A DNA stretch of 64,000 bases from Acidobacteriota bacterium. GTDB lineage: Bacteria > Acidobacteriota > Polarisedimenticolia > JACPZX01. Under the pieces are notes generated by a model. The model was not told where the DNA came from and ran no database searches. It was given only the letters and a program-made list of their open reading frames with translations. Position 1 is the first letter of the stretch; the number at the start of each line of letters is the position of its first letter. Positions 45,726-55,064 of this stretch are shown one piece after another. The position numbers were made by a program, and so were the translations under genes. The stretch is from contig JACPZX010000016.1 in the NCBI GenBank assembly GCA_016195325.1, positions 8,703 through 72,702 of the forward strand. Direction: 5' to 3'.

Positions 45726-47123
45726 TCACGTGGCGAGGGCGACGCCGTTCTTCTCCTTCTCTTTGATCTCGTACATCGCTCGATCGGCCTTCTGAATCAG
45801 CTCTTCCCTCGACTGCCCGTGCTCCGGGTACGACGACACCCCGAAGGAGGCGGTCAACCTGACCTCGTGCCCCATCTCGGAGAGGAACGTCTGGGCCTCG
45901 ATGTTCTGCCGGATCCTCTCGGCGATGACGGCGGCTCCCGCCGCATTGGTCTGCGGGAGCACGATGGTGAACTCGTCTCCCCCGTACCTGCAGACGATGT
46001 CGATCTCCCGGACCGAAGCCTGGAGAACGTCGCCGACCTCCACGAGCGCCCGCGATCCCGCGAGATGCCCGTGGGAGTCGTTGATCTTCTTGAAGCCGTC
46101 GAGGTCCAGGAAGATCACCGACACCGGGGTCTGGTAGCGCCTGCCGCGCTTGACCTCCCTCCGGAGGGCGAGGTCGAGGTAGCGGCCGTTGAAAAGATGC
46201 GTCAAATCGTCCGTAAAGGAAAGCTCCGTGGAACGCTTGTACAGGATGGCGTTTTCGATGGCGATGGCGCCGGGCTCGACGAGGACCTTCAGCGTCTCGA
46301 GATCCTCCCGCGAGAACCCCCCCCGGCGCTTGTTGATGAGCTCCACCACGCCGATGATCCGGCCCCGGCTGATGAGGGGCGCGCAGAGGATGGAGCGCGT
46401 CTTGAACCCGGTCATCATGTCGAAACGGGGGTCGAATCGCCTGTCGCGGTAGACGTTGTTGATGATGACGGGCCTGCGGTACTGCACGACCCAGCCGGCA
46501 ATGCCCTGCCCGATGCGGACCTTCTGCTCCTTGATGTCGGCCGACCGCTCCCCGCGCGACATCTCGAACGTCAGGCTCTGCTCGTTCTCGTCGACGAGGA
46601 GGAGCGACCAGGCCTCGGACCGGATGAGGGACTGGGCCTTTCCCATGACGATTTCCATCACGCGCCGCGGCTCGAGCACCGAGTTCGCGGTCCGGGTGAT
46701 GTCCGAGAGAATCTTGAACCGCCGCGCGCTCCTCGTACCCGCGACGTCCCGGGACGGGATCCGCCCCGCGGGCTTCAGGCGCGCCAGGCGGCGCAGCGTC
46801 GCGCGCGCGTCGGCGGCGGACGACCTGTCGAGGTGCACCGCGAAGCCGAGCGACGCGGAGCGTCGGGCCGTGCCGCGGCCCCGCTCCGGCCCGACCGAGA
46901 GGCAGGGGCCCGCCGCCGCCCGCACGAGCGCCCGGACGCGCCGGTCCGACGCGCGGCTTTCGCCGAGCCAGACGGCCAGCGCGCCGCGGGAGAGATCCTC
47001 GAGGCGGCGCTCCGCGCGTTCGAGTGGAAGGCGCCCCTTCGACGAGCCGGCGCGCGCGCCCCGCGGGGGGACGGTCGCGTCGACGAGGATGAGAGTGGGA
47101 GCGGGCATCCGGATCCGGACCAT
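45726..47123 (-). CDS. GAF-domain diguanylate cyclase (GGDEF)
   Basis: ~130-aa N-terminal region of unclear fold, then a GAF domain, then GGDEF (…FLDLDGFKKINDSHGHLAGSRAL…RYGGDEFTIVLP…) with an intact GG(D/E)EF site and an RxxD-like I-site. The ATG overlaps the stop of the upstream FecR-domain gene (TGATG). Confidence 0.85.
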   Translation of the reverse strand: MVRIRMPAPTLILVDATVPPRGARAGSSKGRLPLERAERRLEDLSRGALAVWLGESRASDRRVRALVRAAAGPCLSVGPERGRGTARRSASLGFAVHLDRSSAADARATLRRLARLKPAGRIPSRDVAGTRSARRFKILSDITRTANSVLEPRRVMEIVMGKAQSLIRSEAWSLLLVDENEQSLTFEMSRGERSADIKEQKVRIGQGIAGWVVQYRRPVIINNVYRDRRFDPRFDMMTGFKTRSILCAPLISRGRIIGVVELINKRRGGFSREDLETLKVLVEPGAIAIENAILYKRSTELSFTDDLTHLFNGRYLDLALRREVKRGRRYQTPVSVIFLDLDGFKKINDSHGHLAGSRALVEVGDVLQASVREIDIVCRYGGDEFTIVLPQTNAAGAAVIAERIRQNIEAQTFLSEMGHEVRLTASFGVSSYPEHGQSREELIQKADRAMYEIKEKEKNGVALAT

Positions 47124-48592
47124 CAATAGGTGTCGACGTCGACGACCCGCTCGAGGCGGGTGGCGTTCCCCGCGACGTCCTGCGCGACGAAGACCAGCGT
47201 GTGGTGTCCCGCCTTGCGCAGGGGGATGACCGAGGTGAAGGTGCCGTCGTCGTAGACGTCGATCTTCGCCCCGTCCACGGAGAGCTGGGCGCCCGGCTCG
47301 GTCTTCCCCCTCACGATGACCTGCGTCGCAAAGGTGAGGAAGTCGTCGATTTCGAGGGGCGGAGGCTGCACGTCTCCCGACGGCGCCAGCGTCCCGGGGA
47401 CTATCTTGAACTTTCTCGCCTCGCTCATTGGCCCCTCGGTCCCGTCGTCGAAGATGGCCGCGACCCGCCAGTAGTAGTTCCCCTCGCCGGCGCGCGGCAG
47501 CGTGGCGGACGTGGTGTCGAGCGTCCTGTCCACGAGCGAGTCCGAGAAGAGCGGGTGCGCCGAGATCTGGAGATGGTAGCTCTTCGCCTCCGCGACCTCC
47601 TGCCACTCGAGCTGGACCGACCCCCCCTCGCCTCCTTCGAGCGGGAGGATCCTCTGATCCACGGGGGAGTTCAGGAGCGGCGCGGCCGGCAGCTTGACCT
47701 TCGTCGAGAGCCGCTCCTTCTGATCGACCTCGACGCGCTCCTGCGCCTCGACGGCGATCTTCCGGGCCCCCTCCTCGGGGGTGGAGACGCTGGCCTTCCC
47801 GGTGTGGACTTCGAGGCGCGTCGTCGCCTGCCGGTCGTCGAACGCAACGTCCATCTCGGTGCGTTCCTCGGTGGTGGCGACCGTGTTCTGGGTGGCGATC
47901 TCGTGGAACGATCCCTTGGTCGGGGGATCCTGCGTCGACGACGAGACGCGCCCCTCGTGGAGCCGCTCCCTCACCTGCTGCACGCGGGTCGTCGGGTTCT
48001 CGTAGAGCTCCTTGATCTCGAGGAGCGAGCCGGGCGTGACGGTGGTGATCGTCCCGTTGAAGTAGATGATTTGGGCCGCGGAACGCGAGTCCGTCTTGAT
48101 CTGGTCGCCGACGGAGAGGGTCATCCCCTTGGCGGCGGGAGCCCAGATCAGCTCGCGCGAGCGCTTCACCTTGACGTCCCCTTCGATCTTGTAGAACTGC
48201 GCCGCGCGCGACGTCTCCCCGTGGGCGAGCGCGATCACGCGCTGGCTGCTCATCTGCGACTGCTCGGCCGACTTCGCGGCGTCCTCGAAGTTGGTCGCGT
48301 CGAACTGGCGCCTGGCCTCGCCGAGAAGCCGCTCCGCGTTCTGCTTGAGCGGCTCGCTCTCCTTCGTGGCCTCGCCGGCCGACGCCTTCTCGAGGAGCCC
48401 CTCCGCCTGCGTGATCGACGTCGACGCCCGCGCGCGCGGGCTGTTGCGGTAGACGAACTGGTAGTAGAGGGCGCCGCCGACCGCCGACAGCAGCAGGATG
48501 AGGGCGATGGATCCGCCCACGATGGACCGGTAGCTGACCGTGAACCAGTCGAGGAGGACCGCGGGCCGATCCCCTCCCCTTCTCACCGCCAT
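47123..48592 (-). CDS. Membrane-anchored FecR-domain protein with C-terminal Ig-like beta domains
   Basis: The ATG at 48592 gives MAVRRGG… and a TM helix (GGSIALILLLSAVGGALYY). The FecR-like segment is VKVKRSRELIWAPAAKGMTLSVGDQIKTDSRSAAQIIYFNGTITTVTPGSLLEIKEL, followed by repeated beta-rich modules. Confidence 0.65.
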   Translation of the reverse strand: MAVRRGGDRPAVLLDWFTVSYRSIVGGSIALILLLSAVGGALYYQFVYRNSPRARASTSITQAEGLLEKASAGEATKESEPLKQNAERLLGEARRQFDATNFEDAAKSAEQSQMSSQRVIALAHGETSRAAQFYKIEGDVKVKRSRELIWAPAAKGMTLSVGDQIKTDSRSAAQIIYFNGTITTVTPGSLLEIKELYENPTTRVQQVRERLHEGRVSSSTQDPPTKGSFHEIATQNTVATTEERTEMDVAFDDRQATTRLEVHTGKASVSTPEEGARKIAVEAQERVEVDQKERLSTKVKLPAAPLLNSPVDQRILPLEGGEGGSVQLEWQEVAEAKSYHLQISAHPLFSDSLVDRTLDTTSATLPRAGEGNYYWRVAAIFDDGTEGPMSEARKFKIVPGTLAPSGDVQPPPLEIDDFLTFATQVIVRGKTEPGAQLSVDGAKIDVYDDGTFTSVIPLRKAGHHTLVFVAQDVAGNATRLERVVDVDTY

Positions 48593-48840
48593 GATGGTCC
48601 CGCCACCCGGATCCGCCCCACGATTCCGGGAGGATCCCGAAACGTTGAGAGTCGGAGTGCCGGCCGCTCGAAGCCCCGGCCGTTCTTGGCTGATAAGTAG
48701 CTTATTTTCAATTAGTTGAGATAGATCGGCAGCGGGGCGCCTCAATCTAACACACTCATCCGAAAAGGGCCACAGAATGCGGTCTTGCTCGACCGCGCGC
48801 GGAACCGTAGAATGCACCCCTTCCTCGGGGGACATCGCGA

Positions 48841-50753
48841 ATGCTGGGATGGGCGCGCAAGAGCAAGGGAGTCACGAAGATCATTCTCGGACTGGTCGTC
48901 ATCGCGACGGTGGGCAGCCTCGCGCTCGCGATGTACGGGCTGTGGGGCGGCGGTCTCGCGGGCAAGGAGCAGGGCGCGCCCGACTGGATCGCCAACGTCG
49001 ACGGCGAGCCGATTCCCACGAAGGCCTTCATCAAGACGAGGGGAATCGTCGAGAACGATCTGCGCCAGCGGTTCGCGGGCCAGGCCAGCGACGACGCGCT
49101 CAGCGCGTTCGTCGACCAGCAGGCGCTCGGGACGGTGCTCGGGCAGTACCTGACCGAGCGGGAGGCGACGCGCGCCGGCCTGCGGGTCACCCCCGCCGAG
49201 CTCAAGGACGACATCGTCAGCATGCCCCAGTGGCAGCGCGACGGCAGGTTCATCGGGGCCGATCAGTACCGGAAGATCCTCGAGTCGGCCCGCATCAACA
49301 TCGCCGAGTTCGAGGGTGAGCGAGAGAAGGAGATCGCCGCCGAGAAGCTGCGCGCCGCCGTCTTCAGCCTCGCGAGAATCGACGACGCCGAGGTGGATCG
49401 GCGCTTCCGCTCCGAGGTCGAGAGGGTCGACCTCGACTACGTGCTCCTCGCCGATGCGTCCTTCACCGACGCGAAGGAGCCGGCCGCCGCCGACACGAAG
49501 AGCTACTACGAGTCCCACCGCGCGGACTACATGACGGCGGAGGCCCGCCGGGCCGGCTACGTGCTCTTCGACCGCGAGGCGAAGGCCGCGTCGGCGCAGG
49601 TGAGCGACGCCGAGATCAACGACGCCTACGAGAAGGGGAAGGCGACGACCTACACGCACCCCGATCAGCGCCGCGCCTCGCACATCCTCTTCAAGGTCCC
49701 GCAGAACGCGACCCCCGCGCAGGACGCCGAGATCCGCGCGAAGGCGGCCGCCGTCCTCGCCCGCGCGCGCGGCGGCGAGGATTTCGCGGCGCTCGCGCGC
49801 CAGAGCTCGGAGGATTCGGGCTCCGCGGCGTCGGGCGGCGACCTCGGGTTCTTCGGGCGCAACCGGATGGTGAAGGAGTTCGAGGACGCGGCTTTTTCGC
49901 TCAGCGTCGGCGCCGTCAGCGATCTCGTGAAGACTCCGTTCGGCTACCACATCATGAAGGTCACGGAGGCCCGGACGGCCGGGGTCGATCCGCTCAGCGA
50001 GGTGAAGGACGAGATCCGCCGCGGGCTGGCCGTGGCGAAATCGCAGGAGGCCCTCCGCGTGGAAGCCCAGGCGTTCCAGGGCAAGCTGGCGGCGCAGGAG
50101 GCGTCGTTCGACAAGAGCGCGGCCGCGATGGGATACAAGGTGGGCGACACGGGATTCTTCGCGAAGGGCGAGCCCGCCGGACCGCTCGGGTGGACGATGC
50201 CCTCTTCGCCCTCAAGCCGGGAGGGTTCTCGGCCCCCGTGACCGTGCCGCAGGGTCTCGCCGTCCTCAGTCTCGCCGATGTCCGCGCTCCGCAGCCCTCG
50301 CCCTTCGAGACGGTGAAGGGGCGCGTGGAGGCCGATCTCAGGAAATCGCGATCCCGCGCGAAGGCGAGGACCACCGCCGCCGAGATCGTGGGCGCTTCGG
50401 GAACCCTCTCGGCGCGCGTCGAGAAGAAGAAGCTCGAGGTGAAGAGCCTCCCGCAGATCAACCGATCCCAGCCCGCCCCGCCCATCACCGAGGCGGCGAA
50501 GGCGGCCGCCTTCGCGGCGACCGTGGGCTCGGTCCTCGGTCCGTACGACTCGGACGACGGCCTGCTAATCCTCGCGGTCAAGGCGAAGACGCCGGCGACG
50601 CCGGACCAGGCCGCCGCGGATCGCGCCACGCTCAAGCGGCGGATGCTCGACGAGGATCGCGCGTCGCTCTACCAGGCGCTCCTGGCCCGACTCGAGAAAA
50701 CGTCGACGATCGACGTCAACGAGGGACTGCTCCGCAAGCGCACGCAGGGCTGA
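48841..50753 (+). pseudogene. ppiD: PpiD-like periplasmic chaperone / parvulin PPIase, reading frame broken by a -1 frameshift at ~50188-50190
   Basis: N-terminal TM helix, a SurA-N/PpiD-like region and a parvulin domain (ASHILFKV…[23 protein letters not shown]…FGYHIMKV). The C-terminal PpiD region continues in the adjacent frame (…[16 protein letters not shown]…). The junction lies in a G-run (ccgctcGGGtgg), where one extra G would restore …[11 protein letters not shown]…. Confidence 0.7.
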
Positions 50754-50851
50754 CGCGTTCGAGGGCTCGCGCCCCCCGCCCCGGGTTGCCCGTGATCCGG
50801 AGAGGCACCATATTTTCGCCGCTCCGCACATTCCCCGGACCGGAGGCGGCC

Positions 50852-51334
50852 TTGTCCACCAAGCTCACACCATCCGATCGTTCGTTCGCCCGCGGGCTCC
50901 ATGCGCTCGAGGCCGGCAACGCACTCGAGGCCCTCGCCTTCTTCGAGTCGAGCCTCAAGCTGGACGAGTCGGCTCCCAACGTCGCGCGGCGGGCCCGCAT
51001 CACCTCTTACTACGGCTATTGCCTCGCCGCCGCCCTCGGCCGCACCCGCGAGGGACTGACGATATGCAGGAAGGCGGCATCGAGCGAGTTCTTCTCTCCC
51101 GAGATCCTCCTGAACCTGGCGAAGGTGCACCTCCTCGCGGGACAGCGCCGGGAGGCCTGGGACACCCTGATGAAGGGGCTCAGCGTCGATGCCGATCATG
51201 GCGGGCTGCGCGCCGCGCTGAGGGACATGGGGATTCGCAAGAGGCCGGCGATCCCGTTCCTGGAGCGAGCGCACCCGCTGAACCGGGCGGCCGGCAGGAT
51301 GTCGGCGAAGCGCAGGAGCTCCGGCCGAAAATAA
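50852..51334 (+). CDS. Small TPR-like protein
   Basis: High GC3 begins at TTG 50852 (GGAGG SD with a 5-nt spacer), whereas the ATG at 50786 is followed by low-GC3 codons. The product carries two to three TPR-like helices (…GLHALEAGNALEALAFFESSLKLD…). Confidence 0.5.
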   Translation: MSTKLTPSDRSFARGLHALEAGNALEALAFFESSLKLDESAPNVARRARITSYYGYCLAAALGRTREGLTICRKAASSEFFSPEILLNLAKVHLLAGQRREAWDTLMKGLSVDADHGGLRAALRDMGIRKRPAIPFLERAHPLNRAAGRMSAKRRSSGRK

Positions 51335-51349
51335 AAGAAGACAACTCCT

Positions 51350-51425
51350 GGTGGAGCTGGCGGGGATCGAACCCGCGACCTCATGACTGCCAGTCATGCG
51401 CGCTCCCAGCTGCGCTACAGCCCCA
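51350..51425 (-). tRNA. tRNA-Ala (anticodon GGC)
   Basis: The minus-strand sequence GGGGCTGTAGCGCAGCTGGGAGCGCGCATGACTGGCAGTCATGAGGTCGCGGGTTCGATCCCCGCCAGCTCCACCA folds as a cloverleaf. It has the G3:U70 alanine identity pair, anticodon loop CTGGCAG and an encoded CCA. Confidence 0.9.
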
Positions 51426-51501
51426 CGGCAGGAAGGTTGTCTTCAAGTTTGCTGCTGGAACCTTCTCCGGAGAAGGACTCCTTACACTTGCCTGCGCTCT
51501 G

Positions 51502-51561
51502 CTAGCGGCGCTTCTTCGCGGTCTTCTTCGCGGCCTTCTTCTTGGTGGTCTTCTTCTTCAT
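51502..51561 (-). CDS. Candidate 19-aa lysine-rich mini-ORF (MKKKTTKKKAAKKTAKKRR) upstream of tRNA-Ala
   Basis: ATG at 51561 with GGAGGTG upstream (an in-frame GTG two codons earlier gives an 8-nt spacer). The AAG-rich composition is anomalous for this genome. Too short for the ORF track. Confidence 0.25.
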   Translation of the reverse strand: MKKKTTKKKAAKKTAKKRR

Positions 51562-51676
51562 CGGCACGCTGGGTTCACCTCCATGGAAACGACGGGCCGT
51601 CCGTCTCCTGTTCCACGATCCGGCCCGACCAACGATGACGGGGCGCGGCCGCACCCCGCCGACCTATGAGACCGTG

Positions 51677-51722
51677 AACAACAAAAGACCCCCCGTGGCC
51701 GTTCGTCCGTCGCCACGCGGGG
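51677..51722 (-). terminator. Rho-independent terminator after the dipeptidase gene
   Basis: Minus strand: CCCCGCGTGGC-gacggacgaacg-GCCACGGGGGG (11-bp stem with one mismatch) followed by TCTTTTGTTGTT. Confidence 0.55.
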
Positions 51723-51779
51723 TCCGATGAGACACTCAATGACCACGGCGCGCAATATAGTGCAGCCCTCGAAAAACTG

Positions 51780-53105
51780 TCAACGTGCCGGCGCGGTCGC
51801 GGCGATCTTTTCGGCGCTCTCGAACACGCGCAGGAAATTTCCGCCGAGAACCTGGATCACCTCCTCGTCGGAGTGGCCGCGCTCGAGGAGCCCTCGCGTG
51901 ATCGCCGGCAGCTTCGAGACGTCCTCGAGCCCCTTCGGCGCGCTCGTGATGCCGTCGAAGTCGGAGCCGAGGCCGACGTGATCGGGGCCGGCCACCCGCA
52001 TCACGTGCTCGATGTGATCGAGCACGCGCTCGATCGACGGCGGAGGGATCGCGCCGTCGAGCTGCGTGTACATCTCCCACATCCGGTTCTCGCGCGCGAC
52101 CGGATCGCCGAGCGTCTCGGTGGCGATCCTCGAGATCGTCTCCTTCGCGCCGTCCTCGGCCTTGTCCGCGGCCTTCGCGAAGTCCTGATCGATGAAGGCC
52201 GAGAAGTAGTTGATCATCACGACGCCCCCGTTCTTCGCGAGGGCGCGCAGCATGTCGTCGGTCATGTTGCGCTTCGCGTCGCAGATCGCGCGGCACGACG
52301 AGTGCGACGCGATCACCGGGGCGCTCGTCACGCGCAGCACGTCGGCGAACGTCTCGTCGGAGACGTGCGAGACGTCGACGAGCATGCCGAGCCGGTTCAT
52401 CTCCCTCACGACCTGCTCGCCGAAGCCGGTCAGGCCATGGCTGACCCGCTTGTCCCCCGAGGAGTCGGCCCACGAGGTGTTGATGGACCACGTGAGCGTC
52501 ATGTAGCGGACCCCCGCGCGATAGAACATGCGGAGCACGCCGAGGTCGTCCTCGATCGCCTGCCCCCCCTCGATGCCGACCAGCGCCGCGACCCTCCCCT
52601 CCCGGTCGGCGCGCCGGATGTCCGCGGCGCTCGTCGCGAGGAACATCCTCCCGCCGCTCCTCGCGACGACGCCGTGCAGCGCGTCGATGAGCCTCAGGCT
52701 GCGCTTCACCCACCCCGAGGGGCCGTACAGGGGCTGCGGCCAGATCGAGAAGAACTGCCCGTCGACCCCTCCCGCGAGGAGGCGCGGGAGATCGACCTGC
52801 CCCTTCCCGTCGCTCGAGACGATGTCGTCCCCCTTGTCGAGCACGCGCCAGAGCGTGTCGGCGTGCGTGTCGACGACGATCGCACGCCGGTGGACCTCTC
52901 GGACGTGCTCCTCGCTGACCGCCACCTTCGTCGTGGCGCCCGCGGCGCTCTGCCAGAGCGCGGCCGCGATGAAGCACACCGAGCCGAGCGCCGTGCTTCC
53001 CCTGACGAATCTCTCGATCACGACGGATCTCCCGAAGTGCCCGGAACCGGCCGGGCGCCGCATGCAAGGCATGCAGACTACCCGCAGCCGCCCGCGCCGG
53101 TCCAC
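51780..53105 (-). CDS. Membrane dipeptidase (peptidase family M19)
   Basis: Signal peptide, then the M19 core (…VVDTHADTLWR…YRAGVRYMTLTWS…MLVDVSHVSD…PVIASHS…GLGSDFDG…). The start is uncertain among in-frame Met residues at 53105, 53072 and 53063. Confidence 0.85.
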   Translation of the reverse strand: MDRRGRLRVVCMPCMRRPAGSGHFGRSVVIERFVRGSTALGSVCFIAAALWQSAAGATTKVAVSEEHVREVHRRAIVVDTHADTLWRVLDKGDDIVSSDGKGQVDLPRLLAGGVDGQFFSIWPQPLYGPSGWVKRSLRLIDALHGVVARSGGRMFLATSAADIRRADREGRVAALVGIEGGQAIEDDLGVLRMFYRAGVRYMTLTWSINTSWADSSGDKRVSHGLTGFGEQVVREMNRLGMLVDVSHVSDETFADVLRVTSAPVIASHSSCRAICDAKRNMTDDMLRALAKNGGVVMINYFSAFIDQDFAKAADKAEDGAKETISRIATETLGDPVARENRMWEMYTQLDGAIPPPSIERVLDHIEHVMRVAGPDHVGLGSDFDGITSAPKGLEDVSKLPAITRGLLERGHSDEEVIQVLGGNFLRVFESAEKIAATAPAR

Positions 53106-53153
53106 CGGTCATCGGGCGCGACATTTCGTCCACCGGCGTCTAGTCTGGGGACG

Positions 53154-54014
53154 ATGCTCCCGATCCTGATGGTCGCGGCCCTCGTCCTCCCCCCGCCGCA
53201 GACGGCGGACCCGAACGGAGACAGCCAGGGGGCGGTCTCGCGCTTCATGCGCGACCACGGCTGGCGGCTCCTCTTCTGCGCCGGCGTCGACAAGGCCGCG
53301 GATGTGTACGGGCACCAGATCGGCGAGTCGAGGGAGCCCCTTCTCTTCCGCGGCGTGCCGGGGATCGATCGCGCCGTCCACGACACCTTCACCACGGGGG
53401 CCGAAGGGCACGACTACTTTGCCGTCCATGGCCTCGAGACGTTCCGGTACGGCACCCCGCTCGTCCTCCTGGGTCTCGACTTCGGGAGCTGGCACGAGCT
53501 GAGCGGCGATCTCTTCGGAGCGGCCGACGCCTTCTTCCTGAACCGCGGCCTCACGGGGCTCACGAAAGCGGTGATCGGAAGGCGCCGCCCGACGCTCGAG
53601 TTCGCCGATCGCAAGGCGCTCGGCCCCGCCGCCTTCGCCGCGCTTCAGGCGGCACCCGACGAGCGCCGCTCGTTCCCGTCCGGGCACTCGAGCGGATCCT
53701 TCACCTGGGCCTCGTACCTCGATCGCGTCGTCGCGCGCAAGTACGGGCCCCGGAGCCTCTCCCGCAAGATCGCCTTCGCCGGCCTCTACGGCGCCGCCGC
53801 CTACATCGGGTACACGCGGATCCGCGAGGGGGAGCACTACCTGACCGACGTCGTGGCGGGGTCGGCTCTCGGGATCGGCCTCAGCCGCTGGGCCTATCGA
53901 TCGGAGCATTCGCCCCGATCGCAGGCGCCGCGCGTCAGGCTGCTCACCCCGCAGATCCTCCAGGGAGGAGCCGCCTTGACGATTGGCATCCGCCTGTCGT
54001 CAGATCCCCCTTGA
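53154..54014 (+). CDS. PAP2 (type 2 phosphatidic-acid phosphatase) family protein, paralog 1
   Basis: Signal peptide MLPILMVAALVLPPP. PAP2 motifs KAVIGRRRP, PSGHSS and SRIREGEHYLTDVVAG. Confidence 0.8.
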   Translation: MLPILMVAALVLPPPQTADPNGDSQGAVSRFMRDHGWRLLFCAGVDKAADVYGHQIGESREPLLFRGVPGIDRAVHDTFTTGAEGHDYFAVHGLETFRYGTPLVLLGLDFGSWHELSGDLFGAADAFFLNRGLTGLTKAVIGRRRPTLEFADRKALGPAAFAALQAAPDERRSFPSGHSSGSFTWASYLDRVVARKYGPRSLSRKIAFAGLYGAAAYIGYTRIREGEHYLTDVVAGSALGIGLSRWAYRSEHSPRSQAPRVRLLTPQILQGGAALTIGIRLSSDPP

Positions 54015-54901
54015 TGCGTCTCGTTCCGTGCACGGTCCTTCTGCTCCTCGCCTGCGCCGTGCCGTGCCGCGCCACCGACGATCAGGCCGCGCGCCCCTTC
54101 TGGAAGCCCCTCGTCGAGGACCACTGGCGGCACGTCACGCTCGTCGTCCTCACGTGGGCGGCCGACGAGGGGATCGACCAGCGGATCGGACCGCGGCAGC
54201 ATCCCCTCCTCTTCGGCAACCCGCCGATCTTCGACGAGGAGGTCCGCGACCACTTCCGCCGCGGTGCGAGCGACACGCGGCCGCACGGATTCATCGAGAG
54301 CCACGCGTCGGAGGTGACGGGGACGATCGCGGCTGGGGCGATCCTCGCCTCGGCCGGCCCGAGGTGGCGCGACGACGTCACCGATTTCCTGGGGCTCTGG
54401 GAGGCGCGCCGGTTCAACATCGCCATGACCGGGATCGTGAAGAACGTTCTCGGCCGCCAGAGGCCGGAGCTGGAGTTCGCGGCGGCGGACGGGGCGAGCC
54501 CGCGGCAGATCCGGCGCCTCCGGGGCGAGGACGACAACCACCGGTCCTTCTACTCCCACCACGCGTCGTCGGCGTTCACGACGCTGAGCTACGCCGACTT
54601 CGTCCTCTCGCGCCGCCTGGAGCTTCAACCGATCGCGCGGCGGTGGGCTCACGTCGGGCTCTACACCCTCGGGGCGTACATCGCCTGGTCGCGCGTCCTC
54701 CAGGATGCGCACTACCTGAGCGACGTGGCGATAGGATCCGTCGCGGGGACGCTCGTCGGCCGCTCCTTCTACTCCTTCAACCACGCCGATGGGCTGGATC
54801 ACCGTTTGTCGTGGGATCCGATCACGTCGCGCCGCTTCACGCTCTCGCCGCCGGTGCCCATCCCGGGCGGGGTGATGGTGTCGGCGCGCGTCGGGATCTG
54901 A
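54011..54901 (+). CDS. PAP2 family protein, paralog 2
   Basis: Signal peptide MMRLVPCTVLLLLACAVPC. PAP2 motifs KNVLGRQRP, SFYSHHAS and SRVLQDAHYLSDVAIG. ATGA overlap with paralog 1. Confidence 0.8.
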   Translation: MMRLVPCTVLLLLACAVPCRATDDQAARPFWKPLVEDHWRHVTLVVLTWAADEGIDQRIGPRQHPLLFGNPPIFDEEVRDHFRRGASDTRPHGFIESHASEVTGTIAAGAILASAGPRWRDDVTDFLGLWEARRFNIAMTGIVKNVLGRQRPELEFAAADGASPRQIRRLRGEDDNHRSFYSHHASSAFTTLSYADFVLSRRLELQPIARRWAHVGLYTLGAYIAWSRVLQDAHYLSDVAIGSVAGTLVGRSFYSFNHADGLDHRLSWDPITSRRFTLSPPVPIPGGVMVSARVGI

Positions 54902-54966
54902 CCCCCGCGCTTTGACGCTCCCGCGGGGCGCTGGTACGATGCGCCCTCTCGTCACCTGAGTTCCGG

Positions 54967-55064
54967 GGAAGCGAATCGGGGCTGGTGTCTCGCACGGACT
55001 TCAAATCCGTTGGCGGTACGCGAGAGCGTGCCGCGGTGGGTTCGATTCCCACACGCTTCCGCCA
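54967..55064 (+). tRNA. selC: Selenocysteine tRNA (tRNA-Sec, anticodon UCA)
   Basis: 98 nt: GGAAGCGAATCGGGGCTGGTGTCTCGCACGGACTTCAAATCCGTTGGCGGTACGCGAGAGCGTGCCGCGGTGGGTTCGATTCCCACACGCTTCCGCCA. It closely parallels E. coli selC (GGAAG…GGACUUCAAAUCC…CUUCCGCCA). Features: 6-bp D-stem with a 4-nt loop, anticodon loop CTTCAAA, a 9-bp extra arm and an encoded CCA. The eighth acceptor pair is A·A. Confidence 0.8.
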
